Below the pieces are notes generated by a model. It searched no databases, was not told the origin of the DNA, and was given only the letters and a program-made list of their open reading frames with translations. From Octopus sinensis (Eukaryota), in NCBI RefSeq assembly GCF_006345805.1, contig NC_043011.1:19046464-19110463 (forward strand): 64,000 bases of DNA. Direction: 5' to 3'. Position numbers and translations under genes: made by a program. Shown in pieces: positions 1-14,800 of the stretch (position 1 is the first letter of the stretch; the number at the start of each line of letters is the position of its first letter).

Positions 1-600
1 AAGAGGTTTATCCGTGGAAAGAAAAGCCTACGGAAAAGATCATTATAACCTCAGGTAGGGACAGTAACACATCAGAACAAAGCGCTCTCTCTCTCCTCCC
101 TCTTCGAAACAGGATCATGCTTCAAGTGCTTCCGTCATTTACGCGTACCATCTTTGCTACCTTTTATTGAAACTTTTATGAGACAAAACTTCCCTCTCCA
201 TTCTCACCTTCCTTTTCAAGTAGTACTTGCAAAACTTGATGAGCGACTGGCTGGAGAGGAAAGTGTTAGTCTCAAAACCTTTCGCACCGTTCCACCATAC
301 ACTCTTTTTGACCATCGCCACCGGTACAATGAAAACTGCCTTACTTTCCCTGTTAAAGAAATGTGGTGGGTCAACATTCCCGATTGACTCGGCCGATAAT
401 AGAATTCGTCCTACATGTGTGAGCAGCCGTTCGACATAAATCCACAGGTCTGAAATGGTTGAGAAAGTTTTCGTCGCTCTTACTGCATCTCGCGCAAGTC
501 GGTCCGGTGTAACTCAAACAGTGGCTGCAGATAGTATCCTGAACGGGCAATGCTTCCCGATAGCACTGCCAATCCAGGGATCTCTGGAGATTGCCCATAG
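1..600 (-). pseudogene. 3' end of a Tx1/L1-like non-LTR retrotransposon (ORF2 C-terminal zinc-finger region plus 3' UTR), decayed
   Basis: Minus-strand translation gives WQCYREALPVQD..GPTCARCSKSDE..NH (zf-RVT-like CxxC..H). Another frame gives VKKSVWW...FCKYYLKRKVRMEREVLS..F.KR, typical of Tx1/L1 ORF2 C-termini. Frameshifts are present. Confidence 0.65.
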
Positions 601-3600
601 GTCAATGAATGAAATAAACATCAACTGAAAAATCGGAGAAATAAAAGGGCATTGCTAGAGATGTATACGTCCCCAAATTTGTTGTCTCATAACATCCAGA
701 AGGATGGATACATTTTAACAAAATTTCCTAAAAAAAATACCGCTTAGATGGTGTGGGCTCAGAATATATAGAGCTTTATGGGAAATAATTTTCCCGATGG
801 GCTGGATAGAGAAGTTTCGGATAATTCATACAATCTGATAACTTTCAGGAAAATGAGTATCTTTTAATGAAATCACTTCCAAACGGCATAGATTACGACT
901 ATAACGAAGTTTGTGGGGAAATACGTTTCGGGAATTTTCCCTATTTTTCTTAAACCTCAGCTTTCGAAAAGATGGGTTTGAGGTGGGAGGCATCTTTGTT
1001 TGAAAAGATGTTTTCAAAAACCTTTATATTTTCCACCCTGCCACCCTCTTCATCCCACACCGAACCTATTTTGGCCAATTTTTACCACTTCAAAACCATT
1101 GCTAATATTTTCAGAGGAAAAGTGTGTGTTTTAAGGGCAATTTGGCTGTCATTTCTATCACATATGAAGACAACCTCCCCCGTTTCTTTATCACTCTCGC
1201 ATATATTGCGGTTTCCAATAATTTGCCCATAAATACATTTATATGCTATAAAAAGAAAATTTGAGAAATTACGAATTTTTGCAACCCCACACGCTGCCCC
1301 TGATTGTTTCTGTTTAGAAATCAAAATATTGAAAACTTGAGAAGGTCATTGCTGGCACTTATCCATAGTGATTCTAAAAATGCTACGTAAACGATAATTC
1401 ATTTTAATAGCATACTTTTCAGACAGAAATTGTTTTTTCTTACACACGCACACGGCTTCGATTGATTGAGGTAGGGGTAAAAATTACGATTACAATTTAT
1501 TATGTTCCCTATAGTCCACACGTGTTTTATTTCGGCATCGTTATTCCCTAAAATGTGATTAATGCTAGAAAATATTGAAAGAAACATCAATAAAATGTGT
1601 AAGTAAAAATGGAGGGTGGTTTGTGTTGTGCTAGAAACAATAGCGAAACCTCCATTGAATTGATCACATTTTTCTTTAAAAATATTTACCATCTGTTTGT
1701 TTTCGTTTTACCAAACATGCTCCTCGCATGGTTTTAAGTTAAAAAAGAAAATGGCTAAAATCAGTCTGAATAGTTATTTTTGTAAGGCTTATAGCGTTGC
1801 AAACAGCCATAACAATAAAATCACTTTCTTTTTTACAAACAGTATATGGGTATTTCAATAAAAAATTTCATTCAATAATGTTTTTAAATTTCGTATACAG
1901 TAATAAAATAAAGTGTCGATTTTCCAAACAGTGAATTAAAGCTTGAAATGAAAACATTGAAAGAAAATGCGAGAGATTTTAAAATGAATATGAAATACAC
2001 CGGAGTGAATGTAAATGAATATTTAAATTTGTGAAGATTTGGAAGCAGTGAATGCACTGAATATTTAAATTTGCAAGAAATTGGGATAAAAACCTTCAAT
2101 ACACTTGAAAAATTGAAATCTACAGGAAATTTGTTAGAACATGAATTTATAAAAATATTTCCAGAGGTCGACCCTTTAATAATTGCTTTCTTTTATTACT
2201 TTTAATAATTGCTACATGCCTAATTAATATGCCGCCTTCTCCTTTATAGTATAGATATATGGATACGGGTATGTATATGTCGAGAGTCACACGGGTTCGC
2301 ATATGAACACCTGTATGATGCCTCTTAAAAATATTTCAATAGATATGATCAAATTCCAGTTGTTCTCTAGTATTACCGACTCGAATAAATTAATGTTTTC
2401 CTTCACAAGAATTTGTTGTCATTTTCATGCATACTTATTATTAGACCGGAACTTTTCCTTCCATAAGAAGATGGACTTAAATTCAAATGACTAATATATA
2501 GATATCCCCAAGGAAATTACAGATTACAAATATAATATATAGTTATAAGGGGGGCACTCGTAGAACATTTATTAAGTTGGATATTTATCTAATTGAGATT
2601 AGATTATTTTATCGATATTCTACGATTTAAACAAATGAATATTTTAACGATTATTATTTAAAAGCAAAAGTGCCAGAATACGTAGATGTAGCTATCGAAT
2701 GTTAATGTTATTTGGTATTAAGTTGTAAATAATTGAACGCGTGGAAAGTGAAATATATTGGAGTTTCTGTGAAACATATATATGACATAATTTCTTGATA
2801 TGAGATATCAAGAACTGTTTTCTGTATTTCTGATATATTTCTGTTGTCGTTCAATATGTATCGCTAGGAAATTTGTCTCCGGAATGATTACAACTACCTA
2901 TACAAATATATGTAACACAATAATTGCAGAAATGTTAGTTTGTTGTAGAAAGGAAAAATATTTGGCAATATTTGGGCATACAAACACTAAGTGAAATTAC
3001 CTCTTTACGAACTTAGCATGGTATTAAAATAAACTGATTTAAGCTATAATCAACCATCCAGTACACAGAAGGCTCATTTTGTTTTGTGGCAAGGTTATTC
3101 AGTTAAGATAAGCATGAATTTTGCTAAAATAAAATTGAATATGGAGTCATCGAAACCTTACGACCATGCTTTAAAAAATGTCCATGTATGACTTTCTTTC
3201 TAAAGAATATAAAATATATTTTCATTGTCCAAGGGCAACCTGGATTATCCAATGTTCACTACGCACATGAATATGTGCGCGCGTGTGTGTGTGTGTGTGT
3301 ATGTGCGTGCGTGTGTGTGATAGTGAAATACAATAATGTAAAATATTCTTTCCATGTAATATGATGAAATAATGAAAGAATTAATAGTAATATCATCAGA
3401 CAGCGAAATTATGTACAATCAACAAAAGTGCACAAGAAAGAGCCCTATATATTTTAATATTAATAATTAAGAACTGTGAGTGACAGAGGCATTCAATAAG
3501 ATAATACATAAATATTTAAGAATTATTTATTAAAAAAATAATTTTGTACTCACACATGAACATTTGTAGTTAACTATCTCTGCCGACATTCTACGAGCTG

Positions 3601-3608
3601 CATTATAA

Positions 3609-3976
3609 TCTATATATATATATATATAAATGTGTAATGGTATCTATCCTTGTGTATTTGGAGTTACTCTAAATCCTCCCACACCGTCTAACGGATTTTC
3701 ATGATTTTTGGCACATATGTAGATCACAAATAAGGCTCGAATTTTACAATAACTCCATGATGCTCAGTTGGCATCGATTTCTGTGAGCTCAATTGGGCGT
3801 TTGAATGGAAATTCCCATAACGATGTTATTTTACTGCGGCTTTTGTATTTCTTTCACGTGTAAAATTTCAACAAGAATGAAAGAATATTCTCTACGAAAT
3901 GCTTATTCAATACAAGGTCAGAGGTGGGCCTAACTTCAACACAGAAAACACAAGTAACACTGGGTATAACAGCTAG
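3609..3976 (+). mobile_element. Non-autonomous Helitron
   Basis: Starts TC(TATATA..) after an A and ends ...caagtaacactgggtataacagCTAG before a T (A|T target, no TSD). Its 3' end resembles the Helitron end at 15182-15208. Confidence 0.6.
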
Positions 3977-4596
3977 TTGTCTTTAAAAATAACTCCAATG
4001 ATAGTTTATAATGAGGATACACCTCCCCCTTGTATCTAAGTATGTTCACTATCAAGTTATTCAGTAAAGTGGACCATGTAGATATCTCAACCACAGTAGC
4101 TCAGTTTAAGAGTCAAGTGTTATTTCCTACAAAAAGATCTAAAAATGAAATCTATGTAGTCATTTATGCTAAGCTGGTATCTGATACATATCTTGACCAC
4201 GTGTACAATGTACAGGCAATGATATGAACCGTGGGTTTTCGAATCTTCAGCTTTCTCTCTATGATATAAACCAATTGAAAATCTATCTAATGATTTATAA
4301 TGGAAAACTTCCTAAGATATTTACTCTTTCTAAAAATATTGATTCTTAAAACAAAAAAAAAAGAATAATTACTATAGAACTCTAAATGGAGAAACATAAT
4401 TTAAATTTAAGAAACATAAAATTAATGATAAATGGCTTTCATAAAATATAGAGTAATATGGTGATTTGAACGGACTCATATTCGCATGCCCCGCACACAT
4501 AGAAGGACAGATATACAGACAAAGACACTCATATACATCTGACTCTATCTCTGTTTGTCTCATTTCGTCTTTCTCTCGTTCTCACTCTCATTATAA

Positions 4597-4627
4597 ATAT
4601 ATATATATATATATATATACATACATA

Positions 4628-4681
<54 letters not shown>

Positions 4682-4691
4682 TATATGCATA

Positions 4692-4734
<43 letters not shown>
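4597..4734. repeat. (TA)n microsatellite
   Basis: Directly visible; explains the YI-repeat ORFs. Confidence 0.95.
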
Positions 4735-4736
<2 letters not shown>

Positions 4737-6435
4737 GTGTGTGTAAGTGTCTGCTTGTGCATATATATTTATGCATGTGTTTGTGTTTTGGTGTGTATGA
4801 AAGGCAGAAATAAGTGACTAATTATTCTGTCATAATAAGATACAGTTTAGATTATTTTAAATGAAAACGTACAATAAATACAATTTATACGAAAATGATT
4901 TCATGAAAGCTACGTCTATGTGTAAATATATATGTGTTTCTCAATAAAACTTGCAAAGACATACGTCAATTTTATGTGGAAGAAAAACAGGAGAAAAAAG
5001 ATTGTAATTAACCTCTTTGACAAGTACACGATTGTATATGCAGCAATATATGATAGAAATATGTTCCCAATCCTTATTTCATTTATTCTGTTTTAATTGA
5101 ATGTCAGTTCCTTAATGAGATATTTCTTTCTTGAAGAATTTAACACTATAGAGGTTAATCATTAAACAAATATAACAATTGGTGTTATCACAAAACAACT
5201 GCAAAACAAACAAAAATTCAAAAGTAGAGGATATTTTCTTTAAGGTGTTAGTGAAATGTTGTAAGAATGACTAGTAAAGGCATTAATATAAACTGTAAGA
5301 CAAATAGTGAAACGTTCCAAATTTGTAATCGACGACCTCTCATAATAGATAACATAATGCTTGTAAGATAATTCTGTATACATTGTAAATATGTTACAGA
5401 TTACTGCACATTTCATGCTATTTTCTTCAGCATTTTCTTTATTGGAAATACGTATTGCTTTAAAATATTCCTTTATATTCTCAATACTTACTTCACATTA
5501 ATCTTGTATTTTTACATTTTGATTATGCCAAATAATAATTGCATAATATTAACATCATTCTCTTTATTTCAGGCATCATAAGCCATCACATATATGTTGC
5601 TAAAGGCTTCCAATGTGACTGACATTGACTTGAAGCGTCTTATTACAATTTTTCTTTGTTTATGAGAATCGAACTTATCTGTACAGACTCGCATCTGTCT
5701 TACTATCAAAACAAACCAACATTTCTATTTCCATGCAGATTAGATATACATATGGCAGAACATATCTGTGTAAAATTCATATTAGTAAGCAATAAATTTA
5801 TCTCAATTTATATGCATGACATATGGATATGAATAACGTTATGTATACAGCAGCGCATCCATCAATATATGCATGCAAACACACAGGACACATATAAAGA
5901 TGTACGTATCTATGTGTGTGTAAAACATAGGTGCCACTGTGTGTGCATATATGTGGTGTATGTGTGCGCATGTGTGTTTATGTGTCTGTGTGCGTGTGTG
6001 TGTATGCATGTCTCGACGGAGAAAGATGCGGTTAATGACATTCTTTAACCGCTATTAGATAGTAGCCATTGCCAAAAACGGAAATGGTTGGCAGAGTTAA
6101 ATTAAATGCTCTTCATGTGATTGAAAGTGTCTAAGGCGTGTTTCTAAAGATGATGACACACACTATATTACGTGGCAAAGAATGAAGATGTGAGAACTGA
6201 CTTAAATTGTCCTATAGGGGGAATATGAAGAAGGTTACCTCCACGATTTGATGACGGATCCAGGGGAAATCCGAGAGGTTGTCACGGAACACGATGTAGA
6301 GCCAACTCCTGGCTGCAACACTTGAGACGAAGCATAATGGTTGGACAGTTGTGGAGATAATTCGCAATCACTGATTGCCTGATGTGCCGCTCAAATACAC
6401 CAACGGACCGTAGAAGAAGAGGGAGGAGGGAGAGG

Positions 6436-6444
6436 AGTAGTAAC

Positions 6445-6520
<76 letters not shown>
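6436..6520. repeat. (TAG)n microsatellite
   Basis: Directly visible. Confidence 0.95.
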
Positions 6521-6521
<1 letters not shown>

Positions 6522-7861
6522 AAGAAGAAGGTTCAACTACGAACCTGGCTTGCACTTTGTTAACGGTACTATATGAACATATGCATGAAGAAACTTCTAA
6601 AATTTGAAAGTAAAAGTGACACTCTAACAGGAAACTAATTGGTGGGACGCGGACCCTCTTCATATTTGATTAATTAACATGCATTTCTCTATAATGTTTC
6701 ACAACTTCTAGACTATATCTATAGTTGTGTGTTTATGTATGTATATACGCATGCCAACAATCGTTCTAAAGGTAAAATTTGAATTTTATGAATCATGCGA
6801 AATGCGATTTGAGAATAATTTTATTCATATATTTTGCAAAATATTGCGCCATTACCCGCACAAGTTTGCAGAAAATGCACTTCGATATCAACCCTTCGCC
6901 GAATTTTGCAATAGCCGTGAATGTTAATTTATATTCTGAAAGAAATATGCAACAGACAAAATTAACAAAATTGTCGTTTTATCGTTCTTATGCATGTACA
7001 TGCATAAGCGACAACAAGAAGCATAGGAGCTTTTAAGAGCATGTTTTGAGGCATTTACACCAAATGAATTAAAAGGAGACACACATACACTTATTTACAG
7101 GTCCTGAAAATTACGCAATGAACTTCCCTTTGCGTCACCACTAGATCACTACTTTATCTATTTAACCATCATTATAATATTACCTGGTAGTCTTTTGTGG
7201 ATTTTTCCAGCTAATGTAATAACTGGTGTACCCAACTATAGATAATACTTCACTCTTACACGCTACTACCACGTAGTGATATGGGGATCTGGTACTGATT
7301 AATACTCTCTCCGTACGTTTCACTCTCTACCGCCAAGTTATTTCCTCTCCTTTCTAATTCACCTTTGTGTCTTGTTATATGATACATCTTTCTACTTATA
7401 TTTTTATGTTTCTTTCTACTGTATGACTGTTACAATATATATGCGAATATGTGCTTTCATGGGTGCATAGAGTTACATATTTTTAAATATACATGTAATT
7501 TTGACCACATATCAGTTTTCATTATTATTTGTCACATGATTCCTCACCTCTACATTCTTTCAATTAAATTCCAGCGTAATCGGGACTATATGTATATTTA
7601 TTAGTCTCTATATATTTAACATTATACATATATATTGAATATCATTTTCAAATATCCTTACCAATCTATTCGTTTCTAAGATTTACATGTAAGTGTACAT
7701 ATACCTGTACTTATACCTTATTATATCATGTCATTTAATACTTATGTACCAAGAATATTGATAAATATTCATATATTGGGTCGTATGCATAGCTTAAAAT
7801 ACACACACACACACACACATAAACACACACGCATACGAACATTCACAAACATCCGCACACT

Positions 7862-7865
<4 letters not shown>

Positions 7866-7906
<41 letters not shown>

Positions 7907-7939
7907 TAATAATAATAATAATAATAATATAATAATAAT

Positions 7940-7993
<54 letters not shown>
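7866..7993. repeat. (AAT)n microsatellite
   Basis: Directly visible. Confidence 0.95.
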
Positions 7994-7995
<2 letters not shown>

Positions 7996-8009
7996 TTTTC
8001 CAGTATAGT

Positions 8010-8310
8010 TTGAGGCTGACCAAATCCTTGTGAGTGGATTTCGTAGACGGAAACTGAAAGAAGCCTGTCGTGTATATATATATATATGACAGAGAGTGTG
8101 TGTATGTGGGTGTATTTGTCACACTATCACTGCTTGAAAACCAATGTGTACGACCGTATAACTTAGCGGTTCAGTAAAAGAACGGATACAATAAGCACCA
8201 GGCTTTAAAAAAATAAGTACAGTGTCCGATTCATTCGACTAAAATTGCAAGGGGTGCCCCAGCATGGCCGCAGTCTAAATGACTGAAAGAAGTTAAAGCG
8301 AAAAAGATAA
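8010..8310 (+). mobile_element. 5'-truncated SINE (same family as 34193-34583)
   Basis: Contains ttgtgagtggattt.gtagacggaaactgaaagaagcc, an internal microsatellite, and the tail ggtgccccagcatggccgcagtc..tgactgaaa. Confidence 0.75.
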
Positions 8311-8432
8311 AACATAAAGATATATATGTCTGCGTGTTTGTGTGTGCCCGTGTGCGTATGTTTGTGCGCGTGTGTGTGTGCGTGCGTGTGCATATGTAGC
8401 GTGTCTGTCTTTACATATGTATTTATGTATTA

Positions 8433-8446
8433 GTAGATAGATAGAC

Positions 8447-8481
<35 letters not shown>

Positions 8482-8522
8482 CATATAGACATGTAGGTAG
8501 ATGGATGGATTGATAGATATAG

Positions 8523-8606
<84 letters not shown>

Positions 8607-8702
8607 CGATAGATCGATAGATAGATAGATAGATAGATAGATAGGTAGATAGATAGATAGATAAATAGATAGATAGATAAATATATATATATAGAGAGAG
8701 AG
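8433..8702. repeat. (GATA)n microsatellite (second tract at 8970-9057)
   Basis: Directly visible. Confidence 0.95.
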
Positions 8703-8970
8703 ATAATTTAAGTAGACAAATGAATTATCTTATTACGGATAATTCGAAAGATAACCGATACCTGGGTAGCAAACTCACAACAGAAAGGGCACGGTTGAAG
8801 TTACGACCATAGGGCATTAAATCCGTGCCTTAGTGCGGAAATTTGAAGTTTTATATATTAAGTATAGGAAAGAATGGAGCTGAACGAAGATTTAACAAAA
8901 TTCCTTTATTTTATTTTCGACATATGTTTCGAAGTCTGCCATATATACTTTCCTATACTTTATATATAGG

Positions 8971-9058
<88 letters not shown>

Positions 9059-11809
9059 GCTATGTAGTCATGTTTTCTCTCTCTTGAGAAGGAAATAACT
9101 GATAATTGTACATATGGTACGTATAATTTCATTTAAGTAAATTTAATATGACCTTATTACATTGAACTTTCTTGTAAGTTAATAAAACTTGAATGAGTAT
9201 ATAAAAGTTATATCTTATGTCATCACTTTTTGTATGAAGCGTTGATGAGTTTCAAAGAAAGCTCCTATTATTAGAATTACAATTACGAAACCTGCGCTTC
9301 AGGAAAAGATACATCGATCATAGAAAGCGAATGCAATCAATTATCTTTATTATTGTCTTATTGCACCATAATTCCCTTCTGTTATGCATTTATAATCAGC
9401 AAAAACCTCATTCACTTTTCAGTATCTCTTCAAACATATATTCGACCTCAATGTGGATTGACGTTTGTTTATCACTTGGTATATTCCGTTGCAAAATTGT
9501 GAACAAAGTATCTAGAGATACAGTTTTCCCATTTGTAGCTTATAAGCTTATCACGTTACTAATTAACATGTATTATCTGTACAGTAACCTAACTATTAGT
9601 GACCTGTTCTCGCAGAATCCTATCGCAGAAACCTCTTCTCTGTTCGATTCTGTGAAAAAAGCAAACACCTTTTTAGACTAGTCAGCGCAGGGTTTCGATT
9701 TATTTTTTTCTCCGATAAAGCTAACCATCGACACGAGGCATCCGACAAAAACAATAACTTTGCGTATGGAAACAAATTATTTGCTGATGCGTGCTTATAC
9801 CTGCCAGACAAGGCAGGTGATAACATTTGGCGTACATTTGGCGATACAAAAAATATCAATATTGCTTGGATTCTTTCAATCCTGTGCAAAATAAATGTAT
9901 TTTTCCATTTCCCTAATGAAACATCAGCTTAATTCATTATATAACTAACTCCATAGTCGTTAGTCATTACTATATAAATACGACATATGAAATACTATTG
10001 GTTATAAATAGTTTTGGGACTCAGACAGCAAAAATAAAGCTGTTGAGTTCGTAGATTCTGAGACGAATGTACAAGTTTTTGCTTTCCTTTAAAACTGTAT
10101 TCTCTGACAATGTATATAATATTATATGACAATGTTAGGTACAATTATTTAGCGTTATGCTAGAATTAGAATGTTTTTATTATCATAGTATTTGATGATT
10201 TATTACATCAATCTGTTGTTCAATCAATTTCTGTTCTATGTGTTTCATATTCTGTTATTTATTTGTCTTATGTATGTTATGATTTATGTAATTGAAAAGT
10301 AATGATTTAAAACGAATTATGAATTTATATCTTGTGTTGATATTGACACAAATTATGAACGCTCTCTCGTGTGTAAATTGCTCTTATATGAGACTTAAAG
10401 AATAAAGTAATCAAATACTAGATATTTTCTGCGATTAAAACATCAACTGTACAAGAATAGCATTCAGCGATTTCTTTAAAGCACAACAATATTTTGTCTA
10501 TTGTCTATTTCAATCTGCCGTAGCAATGATTTATTATGCTTCTGAAGTGTATAATTAGAAATTATGTCCAATTTAATTGATAACATATGAGTATTTGCTT
10601 TTCACTTACATTACTTTTTTACTTACATTATCATTCTTGGTAAATAACATCTTAATATAGATGACGGTTGGTTTATATGTGGGTTCACAAACTCAGTATG
10701 TTTATAGTAACGAGTAACAATGTTTTAAAGTTTGTTACTATTGTTCTTCTCCGTATCTGAACTTTTCCTCCTTTGAGAGAAAAAAAAGTCTCAGAATATT
10801 TATGCTTCATATACAATAATTTTTAATACATCTACTTTTGTTATGCAATTTCTCCATTTTAACATACGTGTTGCACCTTGGCGTTAATATGACAATTGGG
10901 AAATAAATTTCATTATAACGTTTATCTTCGTATCTACATAATGTATCTTAATTCTCTTGTGTAAAATCACATGTCGCATCATAGACTATTTTAGCATCTG
11001 TGAACAGATGAAATGCATGTTTTCTTCTATTTCTTTCCTGTAATATATTTCAAAATGCTGTCACTAAACTCTCTGTATAAAAATTTACTTTCTCTCCGAT
11101 GTGATTAGAATTTTAGATTTGGCTAAAAGTAGTGATCAAGATACAATGCCATTAGATGTTCTCTCAAAGCATATTTATATGCTGCAATCAGTCTCTGCGT
11201 TCTATTAAATGTTATCTATTTCTTCACAATATCTTTCACTTCAACCCTGCATAATCTTGTCAAGTATTGGCCTTATAGATGTTTCGTTACAATGTCATGG
11301 GATATTTTTTTATCTTTTATCACTTTTACCTAATTGGTAATATTTTTATTCCCCTAACGTTGGCGCTTCTATCAGTAATTTCATATTTACTTCTTTATAT
11401 TCGTGGTATAAAACATTTTATGTTATACTACATGTATACAACTTTATACAGTAATTACTAATTATACAATAGATATTTCATTTAATTTTCCAGTTTGATA
11501 TAAATTATGTTGGTTTCACATCTACTGAACTGGAAAATTCTAAACATTTTCGCTGATTTCCTTTTGCTGTGTCCGTTCTTGGAATTTTATGAATCTTCAG
11601 TTCAGAATATTACATGTGTACTTCTGTTGTTAACTTCTGATGTAAATATCAATATAATATGTATATATTTCACATTTTGAACATTTCATTTGCTATCACT
11701 TAAACTACAAAATTTCATTTTCAATCTTTGATCTACAAAAACAAAATTCTATTTATGTTTAATGGTGCGTCTTAAATAGCTTAATAGCTACCTTAATAGC
11801 TTCGAAGTA

Positions 11810-14800
11810 CAAGAATGCGTTGCCACCGCGAAAGCGAACAAATCATACCTCCAAAATTCTTACGCCAGTGCGGCAAGGCTGTTCATAGTTACGCAATGCT
11901 CATGCAACGATTGTTTTTTTTACTAAGTTTAATCGACTAGAGTCTGTAAAGAATTTGAGTAATCTGTGTTTTTATTCTCATACGGTATAGTCGCACAAGT
12001 TGTCTTACAGCGGACACCCCGAAAGCCAAGAACTTTCCCCATAAAATCTGGAAGTGCAATTATTCATTTATGATGACATCATTCGGTGCAGACAATGACC
12101 TGACGGACCGAGATTTCTTCACCACCTATAAGAACCAGGAAGAGTGCTATCACCGCTTAGGTATCCTGGGAAAACTGCCAGACGAAGAGCCCCAAGTATG
12201 CCCAGGTGTTTTTCATGGGTGGTGCCAATGACGAAATTAACCAGCGCTGCAGGCTCAACTCATGTGTTGACAGATAGATAATAGGAGACCTCCAGACAAT
12301 ACTTCATGCATCTCACTCCTATGTGAACATATTCAACTGTGTTTTGGAGAGAATGGTTCCTGACTTGAGATTGATTATCAAGTCTGATAGTCGGTCAGCT
12401 GGCGAGCATGCCCGGCTGTTCAATACATCTGCAACAAATGAGGTTGCAATCATTCTGGCTGGAGGAGCGCATGGCAAACGCGACATTGTTTTAATCCACT
12501 AAGATGATGGACAAACTACTAAGCTCAAACACAATGGCCAAGAGATGGAAATTGACAACAGATGGATCGTGGCCTACAACCCACTATTATCTAAAACATT
12601 CGACGTCCATCCAAATGTTGAGTCATGCAGTACCATAAAGCGCATCAAATATGTTTGTAAATACGTCAATAATGGCAATATTTGGAGTTGAACAGGATGG
12701 CAAGTAAGAGGATGAAATTCAGCAATATCAGTTGTGCGGATATAGTTCCCCTAACGAGGTGATGTGGTGTATTCTGCGCTTCAAAATCCACGAGTGGCAT
12801 CCAAAAGAGGTGAATCTGGCGGTTTGTATTCAAAATGGCCAGCGTGTGTATTTTCAGCAGCCATTAGAAACCACCCTGACAGCTTTCCTGAAGCTATGCC
12901 AGATTGATGTGTTTGGAAGGATCATCACCGCCGCCGTCACCGCGGAAGAAACTGCTGTATGATGAGGTTCCGGTTTTCTACACCAGGACATACAATATAT
13001 GAAAAAGGCAAAAAGAAGGAGCACAAGTTGATGCCTGGGAAGAGGATTCTTTTTTTAGAAGCGAAGGCGTCGGGCGGGTGTACTCAGTGCATTCCAATCA
13101 GCAGAAATGCATCTTACCGCGTCTGCTGTTGCACAATCTCAGAGGTCCTACATCATTCACAGACCTGCTAATGTATAATGGAGAGAAGCATGTGCCAAAC
13201 ATAGGCTACTGGATGATGAGTCCCACTGAGATCAGTCAATGGAAGAGGCAGGAGTCAGCAGAGCGTCAAGGCAAATGCTCGAGTTATTTTCCACCATGCT
13301 GAGATGTGGCTTTGGTGAGCCTTTCAAGTTTTAGTAGACCCACAAAGCAAGCGTCGCCGAGTATTTCCTGCACAAATTTCAGAGACAGAGTCCAGCAGTA
13401 AATATCGACATGAACTATGTAATTTACAATGAGGCACTACATGACTAGGGCACCCGATTCCAAGCTATGGGATTCAAAGAAATCACCAATTTTGGTCTGC
13501 CCCAACCAGACCAGAGAATCCAAACTCTAGCAATTGAGTACATCGGTGAGATGATCTTATAATACGGAACAAATGACGGCTTATATTACTGTTAACGAGC
13601 ACTGACTGATTCACGACCAAAGGAAAGAACAAAACTCAGTTATTTAAGCATTGAATGAGAAAGAAGAGGCCTATTTTTCCTAGATGCCCCGGGTTGAACT
13701 GGCAACACGTTTGCCATCAATGTTCTATTGCCGAAAATTCGAGAAATGAAACTGATTGCCCTAGCAGTGACGTCAAGTGAAATAACTACCACTCTGCTAA
13801 ATGCTATAAGCCCATTCGTCTTTCAAACACCCTTTCGACCTGTCTAAAATTGAGAAGGCAACCTGCAACGTAAGTCGTGGCACAATTAAAGGTAAACTCT
13901 GAGTGAGTGCAAGTTGATAATCTGGGATGAGTCTGCAATGAACCATAAGAGTGACCTCGAGGCTCTTGACAGGACACTGCAGGATCTGAGGCGTAACACC
14001 TGACTCTTGGTAAGTGCAAGTGTCCTGTCTGCAGCAGACTTTAGACAGACCCTTCCAGTGTTTCCGAATGCCAGTATAAAGTCGTCCTACAAGTGGAGGA
14101 CTGTGAAGAACTTAAGGTTGAAAAGAAACAGTGGTAATGAGGGAGTTGAAACTTTCTATGGAAGCAACTGCATGTTAGTAATGGCATTCTGGTTGGTGGC
14201 CAGAGTGGCTAGGTTTGTTTGCCTTTTGTACACATTGTTTTGGATGTACAAGAACTAAAGGGCAGAGTGTTTCAAAACCTGGGGATTCAATTTAAAGACC
14301 AAACCTGTTATAAAACAAGTGCCGTATTAGCGCCAAAGAATATGGCATTGGATGATTTGAACATCAAACTCCTGGATTAGCTGCATGGTGAGTGTTGCTG
14401 CTATAAGCCAATTGACTCTGTTCTCAACTCTAATGAAGTGAAGTATCCCACTGAAATTTTTGAATAGCTTGGCACCAACAGGCTTCCCACCTCACAAATT
14501 TGCACCTCATGATTGGCTCACCGGTGATGCTTTTAAAGTAATCTGGACTCCCCCACGCTTTGCAATAGCACGCGGCTTACAATCAACAAGATGCTGCCAA
14601 GAGGCGACCATTCCCACTGGCATTAATGAGTGTTGTGGTTGTCTCCACGCCACGAATTCTGCTGATTTGTTCTGACATGCCATTTGAGTCCAAGCAACTA
14701 AAATTTCCTGAAAAACTGTACTTTTCCAATGAACATAAACAAGGCCTAGAGGCAGTCCTCGGAGGTGGCATGCCTAAACATTGCAGAACCTGTTTTTCCC

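Noticed and set aside
9800-9885. Possible minus-strand exon (ttttgcacag|...CAG|gtataa)
   Set aside because: The peptide IERIQAILIFFVSPNVRQMLSPALSG is not recognisable and no partner exons were found; it would need RNA-seq.
10600-11600. Faint BEL/Pao-like peptides on the minus strand (SLLLAKSKI, HLFTDAKIV)
   Set aside because: Too short and degenerate, and no LTRs were seen.
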